Positions 53,660 to 62,750 of a DNA stretch of 64,000 bases are shown here, piece after piece (within the stretch, counting starts at the first letter, position 1; each line of letters opens with the position of its first letter). The translations under genes were made by a program, and so were the position numbers. Source of the DNA: an uncultured Pseudomonadales bacterium (GTDB taxonomy: Bacteria > Pseudomonadota > Gammaproteobacteria > Pseudomonadales > Azotimanducaceae); contig CAJJAQ010000025.1 of assembly GCA_905182095.1 (NCBI GenBank), positions 37,363 through 101,362 of the forward strand, read 5' to 3'. Below the pieces are notes generated by a model. It ran no database searches and had not been told where the DNA came from. It worked only from the letters and a program-made list of their open reading frames with translations.

Positions 53660-54214
53660 ATGTTAGATCAAGAAGGATACAGGCCTAATGTAGGCATCGT
53701 ACTCATTCAACCGCGCGGGTTTAATGCACAGACTGACAATGTAGAGGCGCTAGCCATCAGTTCATCGGTGCAAGGCGAGATCTCTACAGATAAGGTATTT
53801 TGGGCTCGGCGTGTGGGTGGTCATGACGCTTGGCAGTTTCCCCAAGGCGGTATTAACGAAGGCGAAACCCCTGAGGCTGCGGTTATGCGAGAACTGCATG
53901 AAGAAATTGGAGTTGCAGAAGGTTCTGTGAAGGTCCTCGGTCAAACCAGTGGTTGGTTGAAGTACGAGCTACCGCTGCATATGCGTCGCAATAACTCCAC
54001 GCCAGGCTTTGTTGGTCAAAAACAGAAATGGTTTCTACTGGAAATGCTTGCCGGTGAAGCTTCTGTGCAAATGGATATCACGGACAAGCCGGAATTCGAC
54101 GATTTTCAATGGGTCAGCTACTACTACCCCATAACTCAAGTGGTGGATTTCAAGCGCGAAGTTTATCGCAGTGCCCTTGTTGAGCTAGCCCAGTATTTGC
54201 CGGGCAAGCAATAA
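53660..54214 (+). CDS. rppH: RNA pyrophosphohydrolase (Nudix)
   Basis: [15 protein letters not shown]-terminus and Nudix box [22 protein letters not shown]. It lies upstream of ptsP, as in E. coli and Pseudomonas. The ATG at 53660 follows a GAGG RBS. Confidence 0.92.
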   Translation: MLDQEGYRPNVGIVLIQPRGFNAQTDNVEALAISSSVQGEISTDKVFWARRVGGHDAWQFPQGGINEGETPEAAVMRELHEEIGVAEGSVKVLGQTSGWLKYELPLHMRRNNSTPGFVGQKQKWFLLEMLAGEASVQMDITDKPEFDDFQWVSYYYPITQVVDFKREVYRSALVELAQYLPGKQ

Positions 54215-54217
54215 GCC

Positions 54218-56515
54218 ATGTTAGCGACGTTACGAAAAATTGTTCAGGACGTAACCCAGGAGGGTAACTTCACTGCATCTGTGCAACTACTGGTTTCCAG
54301 CGTTCGCAGCGCCCTAGGTACAGAAGTGTGTTCTATTTATTTGGTCAGTGCAGATCGAGCCGGTTATGTTCTGGCCGCCACCGAAGGTCTAAATAAGGCT
54401 CAAATTGGTCAAACGGTATTATCTAGGTCTCAGGGTTTAGTTGGCTTAGTGGGTACTCGAGCCGAACCCCTGAATTTAGATGCAGCTCCGAGTCACCGGA
54501 GCTTTCACTACGTACCAGAAATTGGCGAAGAACCGTTTAATTCCTTCTTAGGTGTACCCATCCTGCATCAAGGGCGAGTTCTTGGTGTACTCGTTGTACA
54601 ACAGCGCGACCCGCGTCGGTTCGACGAATCTGAAGAAGCGTTTTTGGTTACCCTATCTGCCCAACTAGCTACGGTTGTTGCACATGCCGAAGCAATTGGT
54701 AGTGATTATCTCAGTGGCGTACAGCGCGACATTATTCACGACGGCAATTTCCGCGGCTTTCCTGGTGCACCGGGTATTGGTATAGGCATAGGTATTGTTG
54801 TTCATCCGGTAGCGGATCTCGACGCTGTGCCACTGCGTCCTGCGGCAGATATTACAGTTGAGCTCACTCTGTTAGATCGAGCATTAGAGGCTGTGCGCAA
54901 TGACATTCGCAGCATCATCGAAGATTTTCAGGTCAGCTTACCCCAAGAAGAACTAGCCCTATTCGATGCCTATTTGCACATGCTCGATGACAATGCATTG
55001 GCAGGGGATATAAGAGAAAAAGTGCGTTTAGGTCAGTGGGCTCAGGGCGCATTGAAATTGGTTATTCGCGAGCATGTGAATCGCTTTGACATGATGGATG
55101 ACCCTTATCTGCGTGAGCGTGGCAGTGATGTCAAAGATCTGGGTGTCAGAGTTCTTGCCTATCTTCAGCGTATTCGTGAGAAAAAAACCCAGTTTCCAAA
55201 GAATACTGTACTCGTTGGCGAAGAAGTTACCCCGTCAATGCTGGCCAATATCCCAGCGGATCACCTGTGTGGTGTTATCTCTGTGCAAGGCTCGGGCAAT
55301 TCTCATGTCGCCATTTTGGCTCGAGCCATGGGTGTTCCTGCGGTTATGGGTGCGGTTGATATTCCAGCCTATGAGCTAGAAGGCATTAAGCTGATAGTTG
55401 ACGGCCACTACGGAGAAGTGTTTACCAACCCAAGTCAGCAGCGTATTGATGAAAGCGAATCGCTCATTGATCAAGAGCGAATGTTCGAAGAAGAACTAAC
55501 AGAGCTAAAAGAATTGCCCTGCATTACCCAAGATGGTTGGCGTGTGCAATTATGGGTGAATATTGGTTTGAGTGGCGATATCACTCGATCGTTAGATCGC
55601 GGGGCGGAGGGCATTGGTTTGTTTCGTACCGAAATACCCTTTATGTCCCAAGACAGATTTCCTACCGAAGCAGAGCAGCGCGCCCTGTATAGAGAACATA
55701 TGGAGGCTTTTGAACCGCGTCCTGTGACAATGCGTACATTGGATATCGGTGGTGATAAAGCACTGTCCTATTTTCCCATTAACGAAGAAAATCCTTTTCT
55801 AGGGTGGCGTGGTATTCGTGTCACCTTAGACCATCCAGAAATCTTTCTTGTGCAAATTCGCGCCATGATTAAAGCCAATGCGGGCTTGCTTGGTGACCTG
55901 CGTATCATGTTGCCAATGATCTCAAGTTTGTCAGAACTGCGCGCTGCGAAAGTGCTCATTAATCAGGCTTATGCGGAAGTGATTGAAGAGGGTGTCAAAG
56001 TCAAAACACCACAAGTTGGGGTGCTAATTGAAGTGCCGGCGGCAGTTTATCAGGCTCGATTATTGGCTAAAGAGGCCGATTTTATCGCCGTGGGGTCTAA
56101 TGATCTTACTCAGTATATGCTGGCGGTAGATCGCAATAATCCCCGAGTGGCGGGCTTATACAAAGAAGTCCATCCAGCGGTTTTGAGTGCGCTGCGGGAA
56201 GTAGCCAGGGCTGTGCATGCTGAGAAAAAACCGTTAGGTATTTGTGGCGAGTTAGCCGGAACGCCTACCGGAGCCGTACTTCTTATGGCTATGGGGTACC
56301 ACGTGCTCTCTATGAACGCCACCCACTTACTGAAAGTGAAATGGGTGATTCGTAACATAAAGCGTAGTGATGCCCGGCGCATATTGGCCCGAGTGCTGCG
56401 TATGGATACCGCTGAGGAAGTGGAAGATTATGTCCAACAACAATTGATCAATGCAGGCCTTGGTAAGGTCGTGCGAACGAAGAAATCAAGACAGCTTGTA
56501 ACTCACGGGGTTTAG
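54218..56515 (+). CDS. ptsP: phosphoenolpyruvate-protein phosphotransferase PtsP (EI-Ntr) with an N-terminal GAF domain
   Basis: A GAF domain (residues ~1-160) plus EI domains, including the phospho-His region GSGNSHVAILARAMGVP and the C-terminal PEP-utilising motif GSNDLTQY. Confidence 0.95.
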   Translation: MLATLRKIVQDVTQEGNFTASVQLLVSSVRSALGTEVCSIYLVSADRAGYVLAATEGLNKAQIGQTVLSRSQGLVGLVGTRAEPLNLDAAPSHRSFHYVPEIGEEPFNSFLGVPILHQGRVLGVLVVQQRDPRRFDESEEAFLVTLSAQLATVVAHAEAIGSDYLSGVQRDIIHDGNFRGFPGAPGIGIGIGIVVHPVADLDAVPLRPAADITVELTLLDRALEAVRNDIRSIIEDFQVSLPQEELALFDAYLHMLDDNALAGDIREKVRLGQWAQGALKLVIREHVNRFDMMDDPYLRERGSDVKDLGVRVLAYLQRIREKKTQFPKNTVLVGEEVTPSMLANIPADHLCGVISVQGSGNSHVAILARAMGVPAVMGAVDIPAYELEGIKLIVDGHYGEVFTNPSQQRIDESESLIDQERMFEEELTELKELPCITQDGWRVQLWVNIGLSGDITRSLDRGAEGIGLFRTEIPFMSQDRFPTEAEQRALYREHMEAFEPRPVTMRTLDIGGDKALSYFPINEENPFLGWRGIRVTLDHPEIFLVQIRAMIKANAGLLGDLRIMLPMISSLSELRAAKVLINQAYAEVIEEGVKVKTPQVGVLIEVPAAVYQARLLAKEADFIAVGSNDLTQYMLAVDRNNPRVAGLYKEVHPAVLSALREVARAVHAEKKPLGICGELAGTPTGAVLLMAMGYHVLSMNATHLLKVKWVIRNIKRSDARRILARVLRMDTAEEVEDYVQQQLINAGLGKVVRTKKSRQLVTHGV

Positions 56516-56646
56516 CCAAAAGTTTTGATTTAACCGCATGGCGGCTACACGCTGTCCGCGCAACTCCAAATATGCCGTTTGCGAACGAGTGAGCTGTGGC
56601 CTAAATGCTCGTCGGGGTCCGCTGAATTTCGATATGCCAACGCCAG

Positions 56647-57438
56647 CTATTGGCGGAAAAATGGATTAAATAGCGACCATCGTAGTTGAGTCGGCTTTTC
56701 ATTTTGCGAACGCTCCAAGCCAATTTCTATTTGCTGTTGGCCCCTTACTGGCTTAGGGCGGTAAGTGTTGAACAACCGATCCCAGATAGAGAGAAAGTTG
56801 CCGTAGTTAGAGTCCGTCTCATGAGGCTGAATTGAATGATGTATTCGGTGCATGTCTGGGGTGACAATTAGAACCCGAAGAATTCGCTCCACCCCTGGAA
56901 TGATGCGCAAATTGGCGTGACTAAAAACAGCCATAGCATTGAGTATTACCTCGCAGACAAAAACTACCCACGCTGGCAGCCCCAGTAGAAGAATAAAAGT
57001 GGCTTTATAAATCAGTGAGAGCAAAATTTCCATCGGGTGAAATCTAATGCCAGTAGATATGTCAAAATCGATGTCGCTGTGATGAACTCTATGCAGACGC
57101 CAAAGAAAGTGAACTTTATGGGTGATGAGGTGTTGAAGCCAAATAGCCCAATCAAACATCATGATTGAGAGCGGCAGGACAATCCAAAGTGGCATTGTGG
57201 TCCAGTGAAAAAGACCGAACTTGAGATTCTCGGCCAAGACCGCGGCGGCTATGGTTATTCCCGGTAGCAGTAAGCGGACCATGAAGGCGTCAATAATTCC
57301 AAGACTAATGTTGGTTATCCACCGGCGTTGGGTTAACCGGCGCGCGGTTCTTTTTGGAAGAAAATATTCGGCCAAAGCGAATAACGAAAAAGTACTAAGA
57401 AAGACCCACAGGCGTGCAGCTTCGTGAAATTCAAACAT
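56647..57438 (-). CDS. fatty acid hydroxylase / sterol desaturase family membrane protein
   Basis: Histidine boxes HLITHKVHFLWRLHRVHHSD and HRIHHS in a polytopic membrane protein. Confidence 0.8.
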   Translation of the reverse strand: MFEFHEAARLWVFLSTFSLFALAEYFLPKRTARRLTQRRWITNISLGIIDAFMVRLLLPGITIAAAVLAENLKFGLFHWTTMPLWIVLPLSIMMFDWAIWLQHLITHKVHFLWRLHRVHHSDIDFDISTGIRFHPMEILLSLIYKATFILLLGLPAWVVFVCEVILNAMAVFSHANLRIIPGVERILRVLIVTPDMHRIHHSIQPHETDSNYGNFLSIWDRLFNTYRPKPVRGQQQIEIGLERSQNEKPTQLRWSLFNPFFRQ

Positions 57439-57635
57439 TAGATGCCCTCCGGTTTTGGTTTAGCAAGAGAACACTAGGGCCGGGGATCGGCCGTGGTGAA
57501 TACTTTCCGATGATAGGTAGGTAATGCTATGACGACGCTGCCGAAATTATTGCTCAGAATAGAGGTTGTATCGAGCACGTAAAACCCTCCACAGCCCTCT
57601 AATCTTTTATTTACTGCGTCAGTCGCCAGTTAACG

Positions 57636-58439
57636 CTACAGCGCCTTGGACAACCCGCCGTCCATATTGATGGCACAGCCGGTAATGTAGGAGGCGCGGT
57701 CGCTGGCTAAGAACAGCGCGAGATCTGCGGCTTCTTCCGCCTTGCCCATTCTGCCCATAGGTAAACCCTTGCCTGCTTTAGCAATGAAATCTTCAAGGCT
57801 TACATTGCTGTCGCTGGCTTCATGACGGCGGCGGATTTGGTCGCTTTCAATAAAGCCGATTAACATTGCATTCACTAGGATGTTGTCTGCCGCACCTTCG
57901 GCGCTTAAAACTTTTGTTAGTGCCATGCCGGCGGCTCTAGAAATTGACGTGGGTGCAGTGCCTGCATCAGGTAGCTTGGCGTAGACATTCAGGAGGTTGA
58001 TTACTCGGCCCCATTTTTGCTCTGCCATATTTGGCCATACCAGTCGGGTTAGCCTCACTACCGCCATAAGTTTCAAATCAAGGTCCGCTTGCCATTCATC
58101 GTCAGTGATTTTGGTAAATGGCTTTGCTGCGGATTGACCTGCGTTGTTAACCAGAATGTCGACGGTGCCAAGCTTTTCTACTATTGCCTTGTGGGTCGCA
58201 ATGATCGCCTGTGGATCTGTGACGTCGCAGACGAAGCTAGCAATGGCGCAGTTGGCTTTAGCATCATCCGGCACTGACAGAGCCTGAATTTCTACTTCGG
58301 CTTGGCTCAGTGCGTGGGTGTCTCTTGCCAAGATAGCTACTTTCGCGCCGGCCAGGTAATAGGCTTTAGCCATCGCCAATCCAAGGCCTTTGCTGCCACC
58401 AGTAATCAGTGCTACTCGTCCGTTTAATGAAGTATCCAT
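57636..58439 (-). CDS. short-chain dehydrogenase/reductase family protein with a non-canonical active site
   Basis: The cofactor motifs TGGSKGLG and NNAG are present. The positions expected for catalytic Ser/Tyr/Lys read N151, T164 and R168 (INLLNV...PTSISRAAG) by spacing from NNAG. Confidence 0.85.
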   Translation of the reverse strand: MDTSLNGRVALITGGSKGLGLAMAKAYYLAGAKVAILARDTHALSQAEVEIQALSVPDDAKANCAIASFVCDVTDPQAIIATHKAIVEKLGTVDILVNNAGQSAAKPFTKITDDEWQADLDLKLMAVVRLTRLVWPNMAEQKWGRVINLLNVYAKLPDAGTAPTSISRAAGMALTKVLSAEGAADNILVNAMLIGFIESDQIRRRHEASDSNVSLEDFIAKAGKGLPMGRMGKAEEAADLALFLASDRASYITGCAINMDGGLSKAL

Positions 58440-58560
58440 CGTGTTCTCCTGGTTTGCCGAATTTGCCTATAACTGTCTCGCGCTTTGATCTCTAAAATTC
58501 ACAAAGGCGCTTTGCATAAAATGTTGTTTGCCTGCTTGCGTTTGCGCCGTTGAACTGGCC

Positions 58561-59319
58561 CTATCGCTCGAGCTGAAAACGCACCAGACCTGTTGCTACT
58601 CCGCCAGCCGCATAACTTTGTTCTGCAAAAGTTATTTGCTCTTTACTCAGAATAAACGCTGTACAGGCTCGGGTGCCGTATTCGTCGCCGACAATAAAGC
58701 AGGGGGCTAATCTACGCTCATGCTCGATGGGCTGACCGCGTTTGGGCAATGCCGCGTCATCAGGCTGTTGCCGATTATTTAACATTGCTAAGAGGTCTTC
58801 TGGGTCGAAATCATCCTCTATGGTGGCTGCGAGGTTTTCTGAACCTGTAACGCATTTTGGCCAGCGTGCACCCAGTTCTGCATTGCTTAAAGCGTAATAG
58901 CCGGGGCTCAACACTTGGGTCGGTGCGGTGCCAGGCACTTCAATGTTAGAGGTATAAACCAGCTCATTGCCGTCGAATAAGAATAAGTTGTAGCCCGCGT
59001 ATTCGTCACCGGGTAAACCTTGGGCGTATTCTAGTGCACTTAAACCGCCAACCAAAAAGTCATGAACCAAACTACCACGAGACCTTGCTGTAGGGGCTTC
59101 ACCGCCTTGGTTAAAGTTGGTCAGGCCTGCGAATTTGCCCGATTGGGTGCAGCCAAGCCAAGTGCCGCCGGCGACTAAGTCTTTGCCGGCTAGTAATTCA
59201 GGGTATTGTGGCCAAAATTCCGCCGCCGCACTGGCGCGTTGGTGAAATTCGTCTCTGTTCGCAGCAACCACTAGTGGGCGGTCTGAATCAGGCTGGTAGC
59301 CCACTAATATTAAGCACAT
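58561..59319 (-). CDS. NRDE family protein (TANGO2-like)
   Basis: N-terminal MCLILVGYQPDSDRPLVVAANRDEF is the family hallmark. I trimmed the track start to the ATG at 59319. It is divergent from lgt. Confidence 0.8.
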   Translation of the reverse strand: MCLILVGYQPDSDRPLVVAANRDEFHQRASAAAEFWPQYPELLAGKDLVAGGTWLGCTQSGKFAGLTNFNQGGEAPTARSRGSLVHDFLVGGLSALEYAQGLPGDEYAGYNLFLFDGNELVYTSNIEVPGTAPTQVLSPGYYALSNAELGARWPKCVTGSENLAATIEDDFDPEDLLAMLNNRQQPDDAALPKRGQPIEHERRLAPCFIVGDEYGTRACTAFILSKEQITFAEQSYAAGGVATGLVRFQLER

Positions 59320-59400
59320 AAATACGACCAAAGGGCGAATTATAGCAGCACTTTGCGTTATTCTGCTCCTCACCGTGGCCAATGAGCGATTCGGAACACT

Positions 59401-60234
59401 ATGCATTACCCCATTATCGATCCAATTATTTTTTCCATAGGGCCCATCGCGTTGCGTTGGTACGGTCTAATGTATTTGCTTGGGTTCGCCGCCGTTTATT
59501 GGCTGGGTACCCGGCGTATGCGCACCGATCCAGGTGGCTGGGATAGCGAGCAAATTTCTGACCTGGTTTTCTATGGTGCCCTTGGCGCTGTGCTTGGAGG
59601 TCGGGTGGGTTATGTCATTTTTTACAATTTCAGCAACTTTTTGGCTGACCCTTTATATCTGTTCAAAGTTTGGGAAGGCGGTATGTCATTCCATGGCGGG
59701 TTTTTGGGTGTTTTAATTGCCTTGCTGTTATTTGCTGCCAAAACTAATCGGCATTTTTTGCACGTGTTAGATTTTCTTGCGCCTTTATGTCCTATTGGCC
59801 TGGGCTTAGGGCGTATTGGTAATTTCATTAACATGGAACTGCCGGGCAGGGTTACCGACAGTGCATTTGGCGTTATTTTTCATTGCGATGCGGTGCGTGG
59901 GCTAAGCGCTTTGTGTTTAGGCTCTTGGGAGAGCGTTGCGCGACACCCTTCCTCTCTGTATCAGGCTTTTACTGAAGGGTTACTTCTCTTTTGCCTGCTC
60001 TGGTTTTTCTCAGCTAAGACCCGGCCCATGGGTCAAATCACTGGGTTGTTCCTAGTCGGTTACGGCTCTTTGAGATTTATGACCGAGTTTTTCCGCTCAC
60101 CAGATTCGCATATAGGTTTTGTCCTACTTGATACGTTCAGCATGGGGCAATTGCTCTCATTACCTATGATCGTGGTGGGTGTGCTTTTAATTCTCTGGGC
60201 GCACAAACGTAGTGCAGTTAATCCGCAGCCGTGA
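59401..60234 (+). CDS. lgt: prolipoprotein diacylglyceryl transferase
   Basis: IDPIIFSIGPIALRWYGLMYLLGF N-terminus, the GGRLGN-type motif (LGRIGNFINMEL), and a polytopic topology. Confidence 0.95.
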   Translation: MHYPIIDPIIFSIGPIALRWYGLMYLLGFAAVYWLGTRRMRTDPGGWDSEQISDLVFYGALGAVLGGRVGYVIFYNFSNFLADPLYLFKVWEGGMSFHGGFLGVLIALLLFAAKTNRHFLHVLDFLAPLCPIGLGLGRIGNFINMELPGRVTDSAFGVIFHCDAVRGLSALCLGSWESVARHPSSLYQAFTEGLLLFCLLWFFSAKTRPMGQITGLFLVGYGSLRFMTEFFRSPDSHIGFVLLDTFSMGQLLSLPMIVVGVLLILWAHKRSAVNPQP

Positions 60235-60430
60235 ATCTTAGGTGGCGCAGGAATGTGTTGGCTTGAATCGTCGCAGGTATGAGCCAAGGCTGGTATTCTT
60301 ACGAAGCGCTAATAGTGTGCTTTACACGCGCAGATTGAAGCCAAGTATTGGCACTCGAGCAATAAAAAGAAGAACGTCATAGAAAGCACTGAGCCCTGTT
60401 GAACAACAAAGATGGAATGAACAGTAAGGT

Positions 60431-61225
60431 ATGCGACAGTATTTAGATTTAATGCGCCACGTGCGCGCAAATGGCACATTCAAGGATGACCGGACGGGCA
60501 CTGGCACCTATAGTGTTTTCGGCCATCAAATGCGCTATCCGCTGGCTGATGGGTTCCCATTAGTCACCAGCAAAAAGGTCTTTTTAAAGGGCATTATTCA
60601 CGAACTTCTGTGGTTCTTGGCAGGCTCTACTAATATCAAATACCTACTCGACCACGAGGTCCATATTTGGGATGAATGGGCAGATGAGCAGGGTGAGTTA
60701 GGCCCAGTTTATGGCTCTCAATGGCGTTCTTGGCCGGGTCCAGATGGTTCAACAATTGACCAAATTGAAGGTTTAGTGGCGGGTATTCGTAACAACCCGG
60801 ACAGCCGCCGGCATATTGTCAGTGCTTGGAATGTCGCTGAAGTAAACAACATGGCGCTGCCACCTTGTCATACTTTATTCCAGTTTTATGTGGCCGATGG
60901 CAAGTTGTCTTGCCAGTTGTATCAGCGTAGCGCCGATATTTTTCTTGGCGTGCCTTTCAATATTGCTTCTTATGCATTGCTGACCATGATGATTGCTCAA
61001 GTATGTGATCTAGAAGTGGGTGATTTCGTACATACCTTGGGCGACGCCCACCTGTATTCAAATCATATTGAGCAGGCCGATAGGCAGTTGGCAAGAGAGC
61101 CGTTGCCAATGCCCCAGATGCGCATCAATCCTGAAGTAAAAGATATCTTCGCTTTCAAGTATGAAGATTTCGAACTCCTCAATTACCAATGCCACCCAGG
61201 CATCAAAGCTCCAATAGCGGTCTGA
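60431..61225 (+). CDS. thyA: thymidylate synthase (ThyA type)
   Basis: [18 protein letters not shown] and the active-site PPCH ([12 protein letters not shown]). Confidence 0.98.
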   Translation: MRQYLDLMRHVRANGTFKDDRTGTGTYSVFGHQMRYPLADGFPLVTSKKVFLKGIIHELLWFLAGSTNIKYLLDHEVHIWDEWADEQGELGPVYGSQWRSWPGPDGSTIDQIEGLVAGIRNNPDSRRHIVSAWNVAEVNNMALPPCHTLFQFYVADGKLSCQLYQRSADIFLGVPFNIASYALLTMMIAQVCDLEVGDFVHTLGDAHLYSNHIEQADRQLAREPLPMPQMRINPEVKDIFAFKYEDFELLNYQCHPGIKAPIAV

Positions 61226-61226
61226 T

Positions 61227-61727
61227 ATGCACATTTCTTTAGTATGGGCCATGGCCGAAAATAGGGTTATAGGCCGAGATAACACCCTGCCCTGGCGACT
61301 GCCTGACGATATGCGTCACTTTATGAATACCACCATGGGTAAGCCCGTGTTGATGGGGCGTAAAACATTTGAGTCTATGAAATCCGCACTACCTGGGCGA
61401 ACAAATATTGTTATGACTCGAGACCCTAGTTGGCAGCGCGAAGGCGTCAAAGTGGTAGCTGATCTCGAGGCAGGTATAGAGCTTGCTGAGTGCCAGGGTC
61501 TAATTGATGGCGTAGATGAAATTATGGTCATTGGCGGCGCTGAAATTTATGCCTTGGCGTTGCCTCGGGCTACTCGTCTATACCTCACTCGGGTTCATGC
61601 AGAACCAGAAGGCGACGTTTTTTTCCCTGAGTTGGAGTTATCTGCTTGGGAAATGATAATGCAAAAGAAGTGTTATGCCGATGACCGTCATAGCTGTGAC
61701 TATACATTTGAGAATTATCAACGCTAA
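61227..61727 (+). CDS. folA: dihydrofolate reductase
   Basis: ISLVWAMAENRVIGRDNTLPWRLPDDMRHF, VLMGRKTFES and VIGGAEIY motifs. It starts 1 nt after the thyA stop. Confidence 0.94.
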   Translation: MHISLVWAMAENRVIGRDNTLPWRLPDDMRHFMNTTMGKPVLMGRKTFESMKSALPGRTNIVMTRDPSWQREGVKVVADLEAGIELAECQGLIDGVDEIMVIGGAEIYALALPRATRLYLTRVHAEPEGDVFFPELELSAWEMIMQKKCYADDRHSCDYTFENYQR

Positions 61728-62749
61728 TGTCTAACGGTAAACTTGCGCTCTGTGTGAATCCTATGTCTGGCCGTGATGTCAGGCGTCTTGCTGCTCGTGC
61801 CTCTAATATGACTCACGAAGCCAAGCGCGATATTGTTGCTAGAGTGGCTGCTGGTGCAGACGCTGCTGGGGTCACAGATATCTATATTGCCCGAGAGCCG
61901 TTCCGTATTGCATCACTCGCGTTAGAGTTGATGCCACTCAAAGCTCGGGTACATATCATAGATGTGCCTATTACCAATTCCGCCAAAGATACTGAAGAAG
62001 CGGTAAAGCGCTTTAAGGCCGAGGGCTGCAATACTATGGTATCGCTAGGTGGCGACGGCACCAACCGCGCCATTGTTAGGGCGTGTTCGGATATAGACCT
62101 TATCCCCATTTCTACCGGCACCAACAATGTGTTCCCGTCGCTTATGGAGCCGACTATTGCTGGCATGGTTGCGGGTCTAAACTGTTTAGGGCGTTTTGCT
62201 GATGCGCCACCTGCCCTCAGGCAAGCGGCCAAAGTACTGCATCTTATTACTCCCAAGGGTGCAGATGTGGGGCTGATCGATGCGGTACTTTTGCGCAACG
62301 ATAGTGTGGGTAATTTGTTGCCTTTTGATGCCCAGCGTCTGAGTCGCATGGTGCTCACTAGAGCAGAGCCTAGTGCCATAGGCATGTCACCGATTGGCGG
62401 TTATATCGATCCTGTTTATGGCGAAGACGATGTCGGCCTAGTCGTTGATATGGGTCCCGGTGGCGAAGCAGTTTTAGCTCCGCTTTCGCCTGGGTTCTTT
62501 AAAACAGTAAACGTGCTTTCTACGCACCGAGTGGCGTTTGACGAAGAAGTTGTCCTGCAAGGTCCAGGAATAGTTGCGTTAGATGGCGATCGAGATCATA
62601 AGATTAACGCCGGTGAACAGGCATTAGTCCGCGTCAGGCGCGACGGCCCGAATGTGCTAGATGTGGACGCAGCCATGCGCTGGGCCGTATCGGCAGGTAT
62701 GATGGCGCCCGCCATTACAACATCCACCCACTCGAACCAAGGGAAATAG
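61727..62749 (+). CDS. ATP-NAD kinase / diacylglycerol-kinase-fold protein (AcoX-like), function unknown
   Basis: GGDGT motif (VSLGGDGTNRAI) and a downstream GTNN loop (ISTGTNNVFPS). The start forms a TAATG overlap with the folA stop, and fabV starts 1 nt after this gene's stop. Confidence 0.65.
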   Translation: MSNGKLALCVNPMSGRDVRRLAARASNMTHEAKRDIVARVAAGADAAGVTDIYIAREPFRIASLALELMPLKARVHIIDVPITNSAKDTEEAVKRFKAEGCNTMVSLGGDGTNRAIVRACSDIDLIPISTGTNNVFPSLMEPTIAGMVAGLNCLGRFADAPPALRQAAKVLHLITPKGADVGLIDAVLLRNDSVGNLLPFDAQRLSRMVLTRAEPSAIGMSPIGGYIDPVYGEDDVGLVVDMGPGGEAVLAPLSPGFFKTVNVLSTHRVAFDEEVVLQGPGIVALDGDRDHKINAGEQALVRVRRDGPNVLDVDAAMRWAVSAGMMAPAITTSTHSNQGK

Positions 62750-62750
62750 A

